A stretch of 32,000 bases of DNA from Acaryochloris thomasi RCC1774 (GCF_003231495.1 NZ_PQWO01000010.1:1-32000), one strand, 5' to 3'. Positions 1 through 8,223 are shown, numbered from the stretch's first letter. Notes: generated by a model from the sequence alone, not told the origin. Translations and numbers: made by a program.

Positions 1-1
1 G

Positions 2-1585
2 AACGATACACTCACTGGCGGTGCAGGTGACGACACGCTCACAGGTGGTGCGGGTGATGACACACTCACAGGCGGTTCTGGTGATGATACGGTCATCGTT
101 AATAACTTCAGTGGTCTAGACTCATTTGACGGCGGTGCAGGGCAAGACACCATCAGATTTGAACCCAGTGATGGACGCAACCTCACAATCTTTGTAGAAC
201 AAGGGGGCGTTGGAGATGGCCGGAGAGGGGGACAATCGTTTCAGAATTTTGAGCAAATTATCACAGGGAACGGCAACGACAACCTCATTGGTGATGCAAA
301 TGACAATAGCCTGAGCGCGGGTGCTGGGAACGATACACTCACAGGCAATGCAGGTGATGACGCACTCACAGGCGGTTCTGGTGAGGATCTACTAGTCGGC
401 GGTGAGGGTGATGACACGTTGAATGGTGGGGGCGGAATTGACACTACCGACTACTCTGAGGCAGTCAGTAGTGTCAACGTTGATCTCACGGCTGGTACGA
501 CAACGATTACGTCCCCGATTAGATTAATGCCCTTGGGTGACTCAATTACAGAAGGGCTTGAGACCGATCCTGATGGAGGCTATCGTATTCCACTGTGGAA
601 TTCCTTTGTCTCAGACGGTTTTGACATTGACTTTGTGGGTTCTCTGCAAACAGGTCCCCCGACGATTGACGTTGATCATGAGGGTCACCGTGGTTTTAGG
701 ATTGATGAAATCGCGGATTCCGTTGATGATTGGCTCAGTACTGCTCAACCCGACACCATCCTATTGATGATCGGCACCAATGATATTCTTGGAAATTTTG
801 ACCTTGAGAATGCACCTGATCGGCTGAGTAGCTTAATCGATCAAATTACCGCTCAGGCACCAGATGCTGATCTATTTGTATCCTCCATCGCGCCAGGAGA
901 ACGGGCTGTTGACGATACTCAACAGACGATAGATTTCAACGCTGCTATTCAGCCGATTATTGAAGCCAAGGGAGGAAACGTCACTTTTGTTGATATCAAT
1001 AGTCAACTATCTCTCAGTGACTTAATCGATGAGATTCATCCCAATGCAGTGGGTTACGAGAAGATTGCTGATGCTTGGTACGAGGCGATTGCTGATGAAA
1101 TCTCTTCAAACAATATTATTGAGCAAGACACGCTGAACAGCATAGAGAATGTCATTGGGTCTACCTTCCGTGATACGTTAACCGGGAACAATGGTGCGAA
1201 CCTGCTAACGGGTGGTGAGGGAAGTGACGTACTCACGGGGAATGGAGGCGGCGATAGTTTTGTCTACACGGCCCTCTCTGAGGGGGGTGATACGATTACT
1301 GACTTTGGCAGTGATGATTTCTTCCAAATTTCAGCCGCTGCTTTTGGGGGCGGACTAACCAGTGGGGTAGCCCTTAGTACGATAGCTTCAGCTGCCGGAA
1401 GCTTTGTAAGCGGGACCTCTCCTAGTCCTCTTGGGAGTAGTGCAAACTTCCTGTATGACACGAGCGACCCCAATCAAGGTGTTCTTCGCTTCGATTCAGA
1501 TGGAACTGGCTCGTCGAGTTCGTCGATCTTGGCAACTCTTACGGGCGCGCCAGGTCTTACGGCCGATCAGTTTATTCTTGTATGA
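2..1585 (+). CDS. Secreted RTX-repeat (hemolysin-type Ca-binding) protein with a central SGNH/GDSL hydrolase domain; 5'-partial
   Basis: The reading frame is open from nt 2 and runs into the 419..1585 ORF. It has GGxGxD nonapeptide repeats (LTGGAGDDTLTGGAGDD...). SGNH blocks are GDSITEG, IGTNDI and DEIHPN. More RTX repeats lie C-terminal. Confidence 0.8.
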   Translation, partial: NDTLTGGAGDDTLTGGAGDDTLTGGSGDDTVIVNNFSGLDSFDGGAGQDTIRFEPSDGRNLTIFVEQGGVGDGRRGGQSFQNFEQIITGNGNDNLIGDANDNSLSAGAGNDTLTGNAGDDALTGGSGEDLLVGGEGDDTLNGGGGIDTTDYSEAVSSVNVDLTAGTTTITSPIRLMPLGDSITEGLETDPDGGYRIPLWNSFVSDGFDIDFVGSLQTGPPTIDVDHEGHRGFRIDEIADSVDDWLSTAQPDTILLMIGTNDILGNFDLENAPDRLSSLIDQITAQAPDADLFVSSIAPGERAVDDTQQTIDFNAAIQPIIEAKGGNVTFVDINSQLSLSDLIDEIHPNAVGYEKIADAWYEAIADEISSNNIIEQDTLNSIENVIGSTFRDTLTGNNGANLLTGGEGSDVLTGNGGGDSFVYTALSEGGDTITDFGSDDFFQISAAAFGGGLTSGVALSTIASAAGSFVSGTSPSPLGSSANFLYDTSDPNQGVLRFDSDGTGSSSSSILATLTGAPGLTADQFILV

Positions 1586-1724
1586 GCTAATATCCCTGCA
1601 GGTTAAAGCAATGCACGACTGTGCGACCGGGGTCATTAAGGGTGTCAAAGCGATGGCTTTGCAGGGGGATAAAGGGCATAGGCAAGGGTGTGCACGACAC
1701 TTGTTTCTCTAGAGACCTGATTTC

Positions 1725-2888
1725 TCAAAGCTTGATGGCTCTGTGCGGCTGGCGCAGCGTTTGCACGGCGGCAATGACGTGAGATGCAGCCTGATTAATA
1801 TCGGTGGCTGTATTGAAGCGGCCCATACCAAAGCGCAGAGAAGCACGCGCTAGCACCGGATCACGTCCCAGAGCCGTCAGTACATGGGATGGAGTTGGTT
1901 TCGCTGAGGCACAGGCAGAACCAGAGGAAACCGCTAGGTTAGGCTGCAGTTCACGCAAAAGACGAGTGCCATCAACGCCTACCACACTGATGTTCAAGCA
2001 TCCCGGCAGGTGCTGAGTGGGATGGCCATTGAGATAAATACCTTCTAGCTTTTGGAGCTGATGCCACAGATCGTCTCGGAGTTGTGCCAGCCGATGGCCC
2101 TCTGTTTCCTGATGATGCATCGCGAGTTCGACCGCTTTGCCGAGACCAACAATCAACGGTGTGGCAAGCGTCCCTGACCGCAAGCTTCTCTCCTGACCGC
2201 CGCCGTGAAGTTGGCTTGCCATGCGAGTGCCTCGGCGCAGGTAAAGAGCACCGATTCCTTTGGGGCCGTATAGCTTGTGGGCAGTGATCGACAGGAGGTC
2301 GATCTGCATCGCCTCTACGTCTAGGGGGATTTTGCCGATGGCTTGGGCTGCATCGGTGTGGAACAACACCTGATGGCGCTGGCAAAGAGCGCCGATTTCT
2401 GCAAGAGGCTGAAGAACGCCAATTTCATTATTCGCAGCCATCACAGAGACTAGAACGGTGTCGGAGCGCAGGGTCTGCTCAAGCCGGTTGAGATCGATGA
2501 GTCCTTGGTCTTGAACCGGTAGATAGGTGACCTCAAAACCCAGCGTTTCAAGGTAGCGGCAGGGCTCGAGGACTGCATTATGTTCTGTTTGGACGGTCAC
2601 AATGTGACGCCCCTTTTGGAGATAGGCTTCAGCGATTCCTTTGATGGCTAAGTTGTTGGCCTCTGTAGCACCGCTGGTAAAGATTATTTCTTCTGGGGTC
2701 GCGCGGATTACGTCGGCAAGCATACGGCGCGCCTGTTTGACGGCGGCCTCTGCTTCCCAGCCGAAGAGGTGACTGCTGGAGGGATTGCCTGGGTGTTCGG
2801 TGAAGTAAGGCAGCATGGCCGTGACCACTTCGGAGTCAACCGGTGTTGTGGCTTGGTGGTCTAGATATATAGGACGCTTGGCTACCAT
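1725..2888 (-). CDS. Cysteine desulfurase (NifS/IscS family, class V aminotransferase)
   Basis: 387-aa ORF with the PLP-lysine motif SITAHKLYGPKG and the active-site loop SSGSACAS. The N-terminus (IYLDHQATTP) is typical of the family. Confidence 0.9.
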   Translation of the reverse strand: MVAKRPIYLDHQATTPVDSEVVTAMLPYFTEHPGNPSSSHLFGWEAEAAVKQARRMLADVIRATPEEIIFTSGATEANNLAIKGIAEAYLQKGRHIVTVQTEHNAVLEPCRYLETLGFEVTYLPVQDQGLIDLNRLEQTLRSDTVLVSVMAANNEIGVLQPLAEIGALCQRHQVLFHTDAAQAIGKIPLDVEAMQIDLLSITAHKLYGPKGIGALYLRRGTRMASQLHGGGQERSLRSGTLATPLIVGLGKAVELAMHHQETEGHRLAQLRDDLWHQLQKLEGIYLNGHPTQHLPGCLNISVVGVDGTRLLRELQPNLAVSSGSACASAKPTPSHVLTALGRDPVLARASLRFGMGRFNTATDINQAASHVIAAVQTLRQPHRAIKL

Positions 2889-3042
2889 TGTTTTGCAGCA
2901 ATGCTGTTTTGAATAACTCGCAGGATGTCTGAGGACGTCGGCTCTGGATGGCCGTTTTCTTCAATCTATCAAAGTGATCCGGATCATTCCGTTTCTTTTC
3001 TCCTGCAGCTATAAAAGAGAAGGGTTGTTCTACAGGTGTTTT

Positions 3043-4380
3043 ATGGTGCGTCAGTTGAGTCGGTGTGTTTTGGGGGTTGCGTTCACCAAAGGTGGGCTTT
3101 GGGCCATCGCAACCTGTCTCTCGCCCACAATCATGGCGGCATCAGCCTTCGCGAATCCTGCATCTTCATTCCCCTCAACCGAGATAGAGGCCTATAGAGC
3201 CCAGGGCCAAGCGGGCCTCGAGAAGTTCTTATCCACCCATACTCCCAACGCTCAGGAGCTTCCGAAACCGGAGTTGCGAGCGGCCCTAGACGCTCTGTGC
3301 AAGCAACGAGACTGTCATGCATCCCGTTTATTCTGGTATACCGATCTGACTGCGGCAAAGGCTGAGGCTGTCGCTACTGGAAAGCCTATTTTGTCCCTGC
3401 GAATGTTGGGGAATCTTGATCAAGAATTGAGCTGCGCCAACAGTCGATTTTTCCGCGTTGCACTGTACCCCAATGCCAAGGTCTCGCAGTATTTGCGCGA
3501 TCGCTATATTCTCCACTGGGAATCGGTGCGCCCTGTCCCTCAAGTCACCATCGATTACGGTGATGGCCGAAAGCTACAGCGCACCCTCACAGGCAACAGT
3601 ATTCACTACATCCTTAACGATCGAGGACAACCCATCGATGCACTGCCTGGACTGTATGGGCCACAGGCGTTTCTCAGCCATTTGAAGCAGGCCAAAACCC
3701 TCAATCAAAGGATGTCCCAGCTCAAGCCACGAGCATCAACGAAAGAGTTGAGGATACTCCCGCTCGACCCGAAAAATTTATTGCAGAATTATCATCGCAG
3801 TCGTCTTACTGCAACCCAAAATCAGTGGCGATCTGACTTGGCAAATATTGGCATTGATAAACTTCCAGCGCTTGCGCCTTTGCCCCTTAGCACGCCATCT
3901 GCAATTGATGCCGGACGTCTGGCTATCGGCAAGTCTATGGTTGAAACGCCCCTGCTTTCTTCCGCGTTGGGACTCGCTGCAACGGCTGACCGTAATCGCA
4001 CACAGCTTGAGGAAGCGACTAATACTGCAGTCTGGCGTAAAATTGCAGACCTGCATCAAGATCAATCTCAGCTTGATCAGAACAGTAAAATGCTGATGTT
4101 GAGCAAGAATTCAGCCCAGTGGTCACAAGCAGATGCCCAATTTGAGGCCACAGTGAAGAACTTTGAGACCGCCATGGCCCTCGATACCGTGCGGAATGAA
4201 TATTTGCTCCGGAGTCAAATCCATCAATGGTTTTTGGAAGAAGCTGATACTCAAACGGTGGAAGCCCTGAATACAAAAGTTTATGCCGATTTGTTCTTGA
4301 CCCCAGATTCAGATCCTTGGTTGGGGTTGCGATCGCAAAGCGCCTATAGTGCCATTGAAAACGACGGTTTGCAGCAGTAG
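3043..4380 (+). CDS. Hypothetical exported protein
   Basis: Long ORF. The internal ATG at 3043 (MVRQLSR...) is followed by a hydrophobic signal-like segment ending AASAFA. I recognise no family. Confidence 0.55.
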   Translation: MVRQLSRCVLGVAFTKGGLWAIATCLSPTIMAASAFANPASSFPSTEIEAYRAQGQAGLEKFLSTHTPNAQELPKPELRAALDALCKQRDCHASRLFWYTDLTAAKAEAVATGKPILSLRMLGNLDQELSCANSRFFRVALYPNAKVSQYLRDRYILHWESVRPVPQVTIDYGDGRKLQRTLTGNSIHYILNDRGQPIDALPGLYGPQAFLSHLKQAKTLNQRMSQLKPRASTKELRILPLDPKNLLQNYHRSRLTATQNQWRSDLANIGIDKLPALAPLPLSTPSAIDAGRLAIGKSMVETPLLSSALGLAATADRNRTQLEEATNTAVWRKIADLHQDQSQLDQNSKMLMLSKNSAQWSQADAQFEATVKNFETAMALDTVRNEYLLRSQIHQWFLEEADTQTVEALNTKVYADLFLTPDSDPWLGLRSQSAYSAIENDGLQQ

Positions 4381-4519
4381 CGATATTTTCCCCTTCGGCA
4401 TCCGAACGGGTAGCAAGAGGCTATTAGGATCTATGCGTTCGCCGCTCTGCTCCGCCGATTAGACAGTCCGAGCTTTAGGAGCTCGTGTACTTTTGCCTTC
4501 GGCTTGAGTCAGAAAGAAG

Positions 4520-4557
4520 GCATTAGCCCCCCAACCACAATTCTGGGGGGCTAATGC
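4520..4557. terminator. Perfect 13-bp G6/C6 palindromic hairpin between convergent genes; likely a bidirectional terminator and copy 1 of a repeat family
   Basis: GCATTAGCCCCCC-aaccacaattct-GGGGGGCTAATGC. It lies between the 3' ends of 3043..4380 (+) and rtcB (-). Confidence 0.6.
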
Positions 4558-4654
4558 AGAGTTGCACAGCTCCTTCACAGCCTGATGGATACGAGCCTTG
4601 AATCAGTAGAGGGGTGAAACCGATTCCCTCTTTCAAGACGGTAGCAAACTCGAT

Positions 4655-5890
4655 TTACCCCTTCACATTCACCACCTGCCGTAGTGAATGCACTACATCG
4701 ACAAGATCAGTTTGAGCCGCCATCACCTGATCGATATCTTTGTAGGCGGCTGGGCTTTCATCCAACACTTCAGAATCGAGTCGGGCCGAGATGCCTTTCA
4801 ACGCCGCTTGATGTTGCTCAAGCGTAATCTCTCGGCGGGCTTGTCCCCGAGACATGCGCCGACCAGCACCGTGAGAACAAGAGCAGAAGCTATCTTTGCT
4901 CCCTTTGCCTTTGACGATGTAAGAGGCAGTTCCCATAGAGCCAGGGATAATGCCCAGCTCGTCTTCACGGGCGCTGACAGCTCCCTTGCGAGTCACCCAG
5001 ACATTATTGCCATAGTGATTCTCTCTGCGAATGTAGTTGTGATGGCAGTTGACCGCCATCTCTGTCACAGAGACCTCTAGCTCTGGCAGCACAGATCGAA
5101 TCGCCTCAAGCGTTCGCTTCATCATCACCTTGCGGTTGGCTAAGGCGAAATCTTGGGCAAAGGCCACCGCTTCGACATAATCGTCGAATAGCTCAGAATG
5201 CTCCACCAGATAGGCCAAATCCTTATCGGGTAGAAATTGATCGATAAAGTACCGTTCCATTTCTTGCTTGGCTTTGCGGATGAAGTAGGAGCCAATCCGG
5301 TTCCCTAGACCTCTAGAGCCAGAATGGAGCATGACCCAGATGCGATCGCATTCATCCAAACACACTTCAATGAAGTGGTTGCCAGTTCCCAGCGTTCCCA
5401 GATGACGGGCGTTGTTCTTGCTAATCGCCTTGGGATGCTTGGACTCAATGAGCTGATAGCGAGACTCAAACCCTTTCCAGAAGGTGCTGACAATCTCAGG
5501 CAGGTCATGCCATGCACCGCGATCGCCACGTCCCCCATTATCAGTCCGACCGTGAGGCACCACGGACTCAATGGCAGACCGCATCGCATCCAGATTATCG
5601 GGTAGGTCGTTCGCTGTCAGAGTGGTTTGCAAAGCCATCATCCCGCAGCCCAGATCCACACCGACGGCGGCGGGGACCACTGCGCCTTTAGTGGCAATGA
5701 CAGAGCCGATGGTTGCGCCTCTGCCCCAGTGGACATCGGGCATGGCAGCGACATGTTTGTAGATGAAGGGTAGACTGGCGACGTTTTTGAGCTGTGCGAT
5801 CGCTTCTTCGCCGACATCGACGCCTTTAATCCAGGCTTTGATGGGGTGCCCACTTTTGTGGGCCATGTACTCAAAATTTACTTTGGTCAT
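4655..5890 (-). CDS. rtcB: RNA-splicing ligase RtcB (3'-phosphate/5'-hydroxyl RNA ligase)
   Basis: 411 aa with RtcB motifs GTGNHFIE, HSGSRGLG, NCHHNY, PGSMG and SCSHGAGR. An AAGGAGG RBS lies upstream of the ATG. Confidence 0.93.
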   Translation of the reverse strand: MTKVNFEYMAHKSGHPIKAWIKGVDVGEEAIAQLKNVASLPFIYKHVAAMPDVHWGRGATIGSVIATKGAVVPAAVGVDLGCGMMALQTTLTANDLPDNLDAMRSAIESVVPHGRTDNGGRGDRGAWHDLPEIVSTFWKGFESRYQLIESKHPKAISKNNARHLGTLGTGNHFIEVCLDECDRIWVMLHSGSRGLGNRIGSYFIRKAKQEMERYFIDQFLPDKDLAYLVEHSELFDDYVEAVAFAQDFALANRKVMMKRTLEAIRSVLPELEVSVTEMAVNCHHNYIRRENHYGNNVWVTRKGAVSAREDELGIIPGSMGTASYIVKGKGSKDSFCSCSHGAGRRMSRGQARREITLEQHQAALKGISARLDSEVLDESPAAYKDIDQVMAAQTDLVDVVHSLRQVVNVKG

Positions 5891-6047
5891 TTTCTGACCT
5901 CCTTCATTGAGAAAAAATAAAATCGTTTTGCGATCGCGGTTTCATAAAGCCATCTGAAAAGCACCACTCCTCATGTGGAAGTGGGTAGTTTGCGATGGTC
6001 TCCGACCGGCCTTCGGCCATCGCAAGTCTTTTTGGGTGCTGGCAGAG

Positions 6048-6389
6048 TTAGGGAAGCAACGTTTTCAGCTTCTTCATAACCTCATCGACAATCTCATCAG
6101 GGAGCTTGGCAATAAATTCAACGTTGCGCTTCTGCCAATCTAAGCTTTTGACTTGATCCGAGAGAATCACGCCCGAGACCTTTTCGTTTGACGGGATAAC
6201 AACTTCAAAGGGGTACCCCTTAACCCGGTTGGTAATAGGACACAAAAGTGCTAGACGGACTTTACGGTTGTAGGACAAAGGCGACAAGATCAAGGCTGGA
6301 CGCCTACCGGCTTGTTCATGTCCTATCTGAGGATTGAAGTCAATCCAAACCACATCACCCTGTTCTGGAACATAGATCATGTTCACCAA
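6048..6389 (-). CDS. Type II toxin, PemK/MazF-family endoribonuclease
   Basis: 113 aa. The N-terminus (PEQGDVVWIDFNPQIGHEQAGRRPALILSP) and the CPITNRVKGYPFEV segment are typical of MazF/PemK. It overlaps the upstream antitoxin by 7 nt. Confidence 0.88.
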   Translation of the reverse strand: MVNMIYVPEQGDVVWIDFNPQIGHEQAGRRPALILSPLSYNRKVRLALLCPITNRVKGYPFEVVIPSNEKVSGVILSDQVKSLDWQKRNVEFIAKLPDEIVDEVMKKLKTLLP

Positions 6390-6625
6390 GCCTCATTGCC
6401 AACGGAGGCTCCTGTCTCTACTTCAGCATGGATATTCTCTTCGGTAACATCTTCAAGTAGCTGTTCTAAGGAATAGCTGGCTTCAAGGATGGGAGTGATA
6501 ACCAATTTACCCTTAACCATACTTAACTCAACTTCAGTATCAGGCCGCAGAAGGATCTCTGCCGCAAATGATTTGGGAATCCGTAGGGCTAAGCTATTGC
6601 CCCACTTTTGCACTTTAGTTTTCAT
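6383..6625 (-). CDS. Type II antitoxin, AbrB/MazE/SpoVT family
   Basis: 80 aa. MKTKVQKWGNSLALRIPK is the SpoVT/AbrB swapped-hairpin signature. It is translationally coupled to the toxin. Confidence 0.85.
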   Translation of the reverse strand: MKTKVQKWGNSLALRIPKSFAAEILLRPDTEVELSMVKGKLVITPILEASYSLEQLLEDVTEENIHAEVETGASVGNEAW

Positions 6626-6799
6626 CAGGCACTCAAAGGTATATACAAAGAGTATACGCAGATTTAACTGATTCGTGTATTTAGAGGTGAGATAGCACCT
6701 CCAAATAAATAGTCCCCGAACCCGCCCTCGCCAAATTCAACAGATCAACACAGGGTTGTTAGTCGTGACGGTACACAGTGCCCTTGTCACATTGCTGGG

Positions 6800-6900
6800 C
6801 GTCATTTGTAAGCGGGAGTCGAACCCATTTACGCTGGCCCGCAGCATACCAAAGGTTGTTTTACAGACAACGTGGTTTCCAACTTGCCCAGTTGGCGGGT
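6800..6900 (-). ncRNA. tRNA-like element or degenerate class-II tRNA-Tyr(GUA)-like pseudogene
   Basis: The minus strand has, in cloverleaf order, hairpin CCAACT-GGGCA-AGTTGG, anticodon-like arm GTTGT-CTGTAAA-ACAAC, hairpin GCTG-CGGGC-CAGC and an extended T-arm GTAAATGGG-TTCGACT-CCCGCTTAC. I found no matching 7-bp acceptor stem and no CCA. Confidence 0.3.
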
Positions 6901-6954
6901 TGTGTTCGCTTCTGTTGTCAGTAGCTACCAACTATTTTCTGTTTTCGCCCGAAT

Positions 6955-7422
6955 CTAGGCATCCAGCAGCTCTACTTGCCAGTTCAGAGCCTGTACCTGC
7001 GCATCTAGGAGGCGATGCTCCTGGGAGGCACGGTCGATCTGCCGCTGTAAATCGGCAATATCAACGGTACTGATAAACCGCACTTCTGAACGGCTGTAAC
7101 GATTTTGCGTAATTGAGGCTTCCTGAATTAAGTTTTCGAGGACGCTACGCTTGGTCATTAGTGTATCTCGCTGCGCTAGGGCGTCAGACAAGTTGCCGTT
7201 GTTAAACTCAGTGCTGGAGTTGGTGCGATTGATGCGCTGGATGAGGGTTGTTAGAGTTGCGATCGCATCTTCTAATTCCATCAACAGCTCTTGAGGGTTC
7301 TCAGGCGGCTGTTCACCCTCTTGCACTTTGGCACTGCGGTTTAGTCGCTGGCGTAGTTGCACAATTTTCTTTTGACAATCAGCCCGTTGAATTAGAGCTT
7401 CTGCAAGTTTCATCGGATTCAC
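6955..7422 (-). CDS. Conserved ~155-aa helical protein, resembling what I recall as the DIP1984 family (function unknown)
   Basis: A GGAGG RBS precedes the ATG. Family-like motifs are KLAEALIQRAD, AKVQEGEQPPENPQELL, INRTN, RYSRSE and ALNWQVEL. Confidence 0.6.
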   Translation of the reverse strand: MNPMKLAEALIQRADCQKKIVQLRQRLNRSAKVQEGEQPPENPQELLMELEDAIATLTTLIQRINRTNSSTEFNNGNLSDALAQRDTLMTKRSVLENLIQEASITQNRYSRSEVRFISTVDIADLQRQIDRASQEHRLLDAQVQALNWQVELLDA

Positions 7423-7529
7423 CTCCTTTGGATAAAAATATAGAAATCCACCAGGCAGGTACTGCCCCTGCTATGACTGTGTTATCAGCACAGCGCCTCA
7501 CTTTTCGGCCTCTGGTGGAAAAAGGAAGA

Positions 7530-7613
7530 AGGAAGGTGGAGGAATCGAACCCCTACAGCAGGGCCATACCCTGGTTTTCAAGACCAGTTGCCGACCATTC
7601 AGCGGCACCTTCC
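7530..7613 (-). tRNA. tRNA-Ser(UGA), class II, atypical acceptor/D junction, no encoded CCA
   Basis: Acceptor GGAAGGT/ACCTTCC. Anticodon arm CTGGT-CTTGAAA-ACCAG. It has a long variable region. T arm AGGGG-TTCGATT-CCTCC. Confidence 0.6.
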
Positions 7614-7636
7614 ATGAGCCAATCGTGCGAAAGAAT

Positions 7637-7714
7637 TGGGTTGACCGACGGGACTTGAACCCGCTAACGCTAGAGTCACAACCTAGCTCCTCGTCCGCTT
7701 CGGATTCGGCCAAC
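7637..7714 (-). tRNA. tRNA-His(GUG) with encoded G-1 and CCA
   Basis: G-1 precedes TTGGCCG/CGGTCAA, with C73 and CCA. Anticodon arm CTAGG-TTGTGAC-TCTAG. T arm GCGGG-TTCAAGT-CCCGT. The D region is non-canonical. Confidence 0.6.
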
Positions 7715-7718
7715 ATAA

Positions 7719-7795
7719 TGGTGGATTCTGGTCGGATTTGAACCGACATCTTTCTGCTTGCAAAGCAGATGCTTTCCCAATTAAGCTACAGACCC
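7719..7795 (-). tRNA. tRNA-Ala(UGC) with a one-nt bulge in the 3' acceptor strand; CCA encoded
   Basis: 5' GGGTCTG and 3' CAGA[A]TCC-A-CCA. G3:U70 and A73 are kept if the extra A bulges out. Anticodon arm TCTGC-TTTGCAA-GCAGA. T arm GTCGG-TTCAAAT-CCGAC. Confidence 0.6.
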
Positions 7796-7798
7796 ATA

Positions 7799-7871
7799 CA
7801 GGAGTGGCAGGACTCGAACCTACACAGACCGATTTAGAAGATCGGTGCCCCATCCGTTGGGCGACACTCCC
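7799..7871 (-). tRNA. tRNA-Arg(UCU), no encoded CCA
   Basis: Acceptor GGGAGTG/CACTCCT. D stem GCCC/GGGC. Anticodon arm CCGAT-CTTCTAA-ATCGG. T arm GTAGG-TTCGAGT-CCTGC. Confidence 0.8.
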
Positions 7872-7877
7872 ATAAAA

Positions 7878-7948
7878 AGCGAGTGGTGAGATTCGCACTC
7901 ACGCGCTGGCGTTGGCACCGCCAGATGCTACTGCTACATCACACTCGC
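7878..7948 (-). tRNA. tRNA-Gly(GCC), T-loop with G55, no CCA
   Basis: Acceptor GCGAGTG/CACTCGC with U73. Anticodon arm TGGCG-GTGCCAA-CGCCA. T arm GTGAG-TGCGAAT-CTCAC. Confidence 0.7.
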
Positions 7949-7952
7949 CTAA

Positions 7953-8024
7953 AGCGGATAATGGGATTCAAACCCATATCAAAAGGGTGGAAGCCTTTCG
8001 TGCTAGCCGTTGCACCATATCCGC
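7953..8024 (-). tRNA. tRNA-Gly(UCC), no CCA
   Basis: Acceptor GCGGATA/TATCCGC with U73. Anticodon arm AAAGG-CTTCCAC-CCTTT. T arm ATGGG-TTTGAAT-CCCAT (U56 in place of C56). Confidence 0.75.
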
Positions 8025-8029
8025 AGGGT

Positions 8030-8105
8030 TGGGGCCGGTGACAGGAGTTGAACCTGCAACCTGCTGATTACAAATCAGTTGCTCTGCCAATTGAGCTACA
8101 CCGGC
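8030..8105 (-). tRNA. tRNA-Thr(UGU), CCA encoded
   Basis: Acceptor GCCGGTG/CACCGGC. D arm GCTC-AATTGGCA-GAGC. Anticodon loop TTTGTAA. T arm GCAGG-TTCAACT-CCTGT. Confidence 0.85.
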
Positions 8106-8108
8106 AAT

Positions 8109-8185
8109 TGGTAGCGGAGGTGAGAGTTGCACTCACAGATGTGCAGCTTATGAGACTGCCGAGCCTCTCTTTCTCCATCTCCGCC
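8109..8185 (-). tRNA. tRNA with CAU anticodon (elongator Met or Ile2), T-loop with G55, CCA encoded
   Basis: Acceptor GGCGGAG/CTCCGCT (G1:U72) with A73. Anticodon arm GCAGT-CTCATAA-GCTGC. T arm GTGAG-TGCAACT-CTCAC. Confidence 0.65.
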
Positions 8186-8223
8186 ATATTGTTTTTGGTT
8201 TGTTTGGGGCTTCGTTGTTGGGT

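Noticed and set aside
241-444. A Pro/Ser-rich 67-aa ORF on the minus strand.
   Set aside because: It is antisense to the RTX repeat region. Its low-complexity translation is an artefact of the GGxGxD-coding repeats.
1972-2385. A 137-aa Arg/Pro-rich minus-strand ORF and small plus-strand ORFs inside 1725..2888.
   Set aside because: They are alternative-frame or antisense ORFs within the well-supported cysteine desulfurase gene.
6800-6900. I considered tmRNA (ssrA) as the explanation for the tRNA-like element with the GGGTTCGACTCCCGC T-arm.
   Set aside because: There is no paired acceptor stem with a CCA end. There is no tag-peptide reading frame or pseudoknot region, and the element is far too short.
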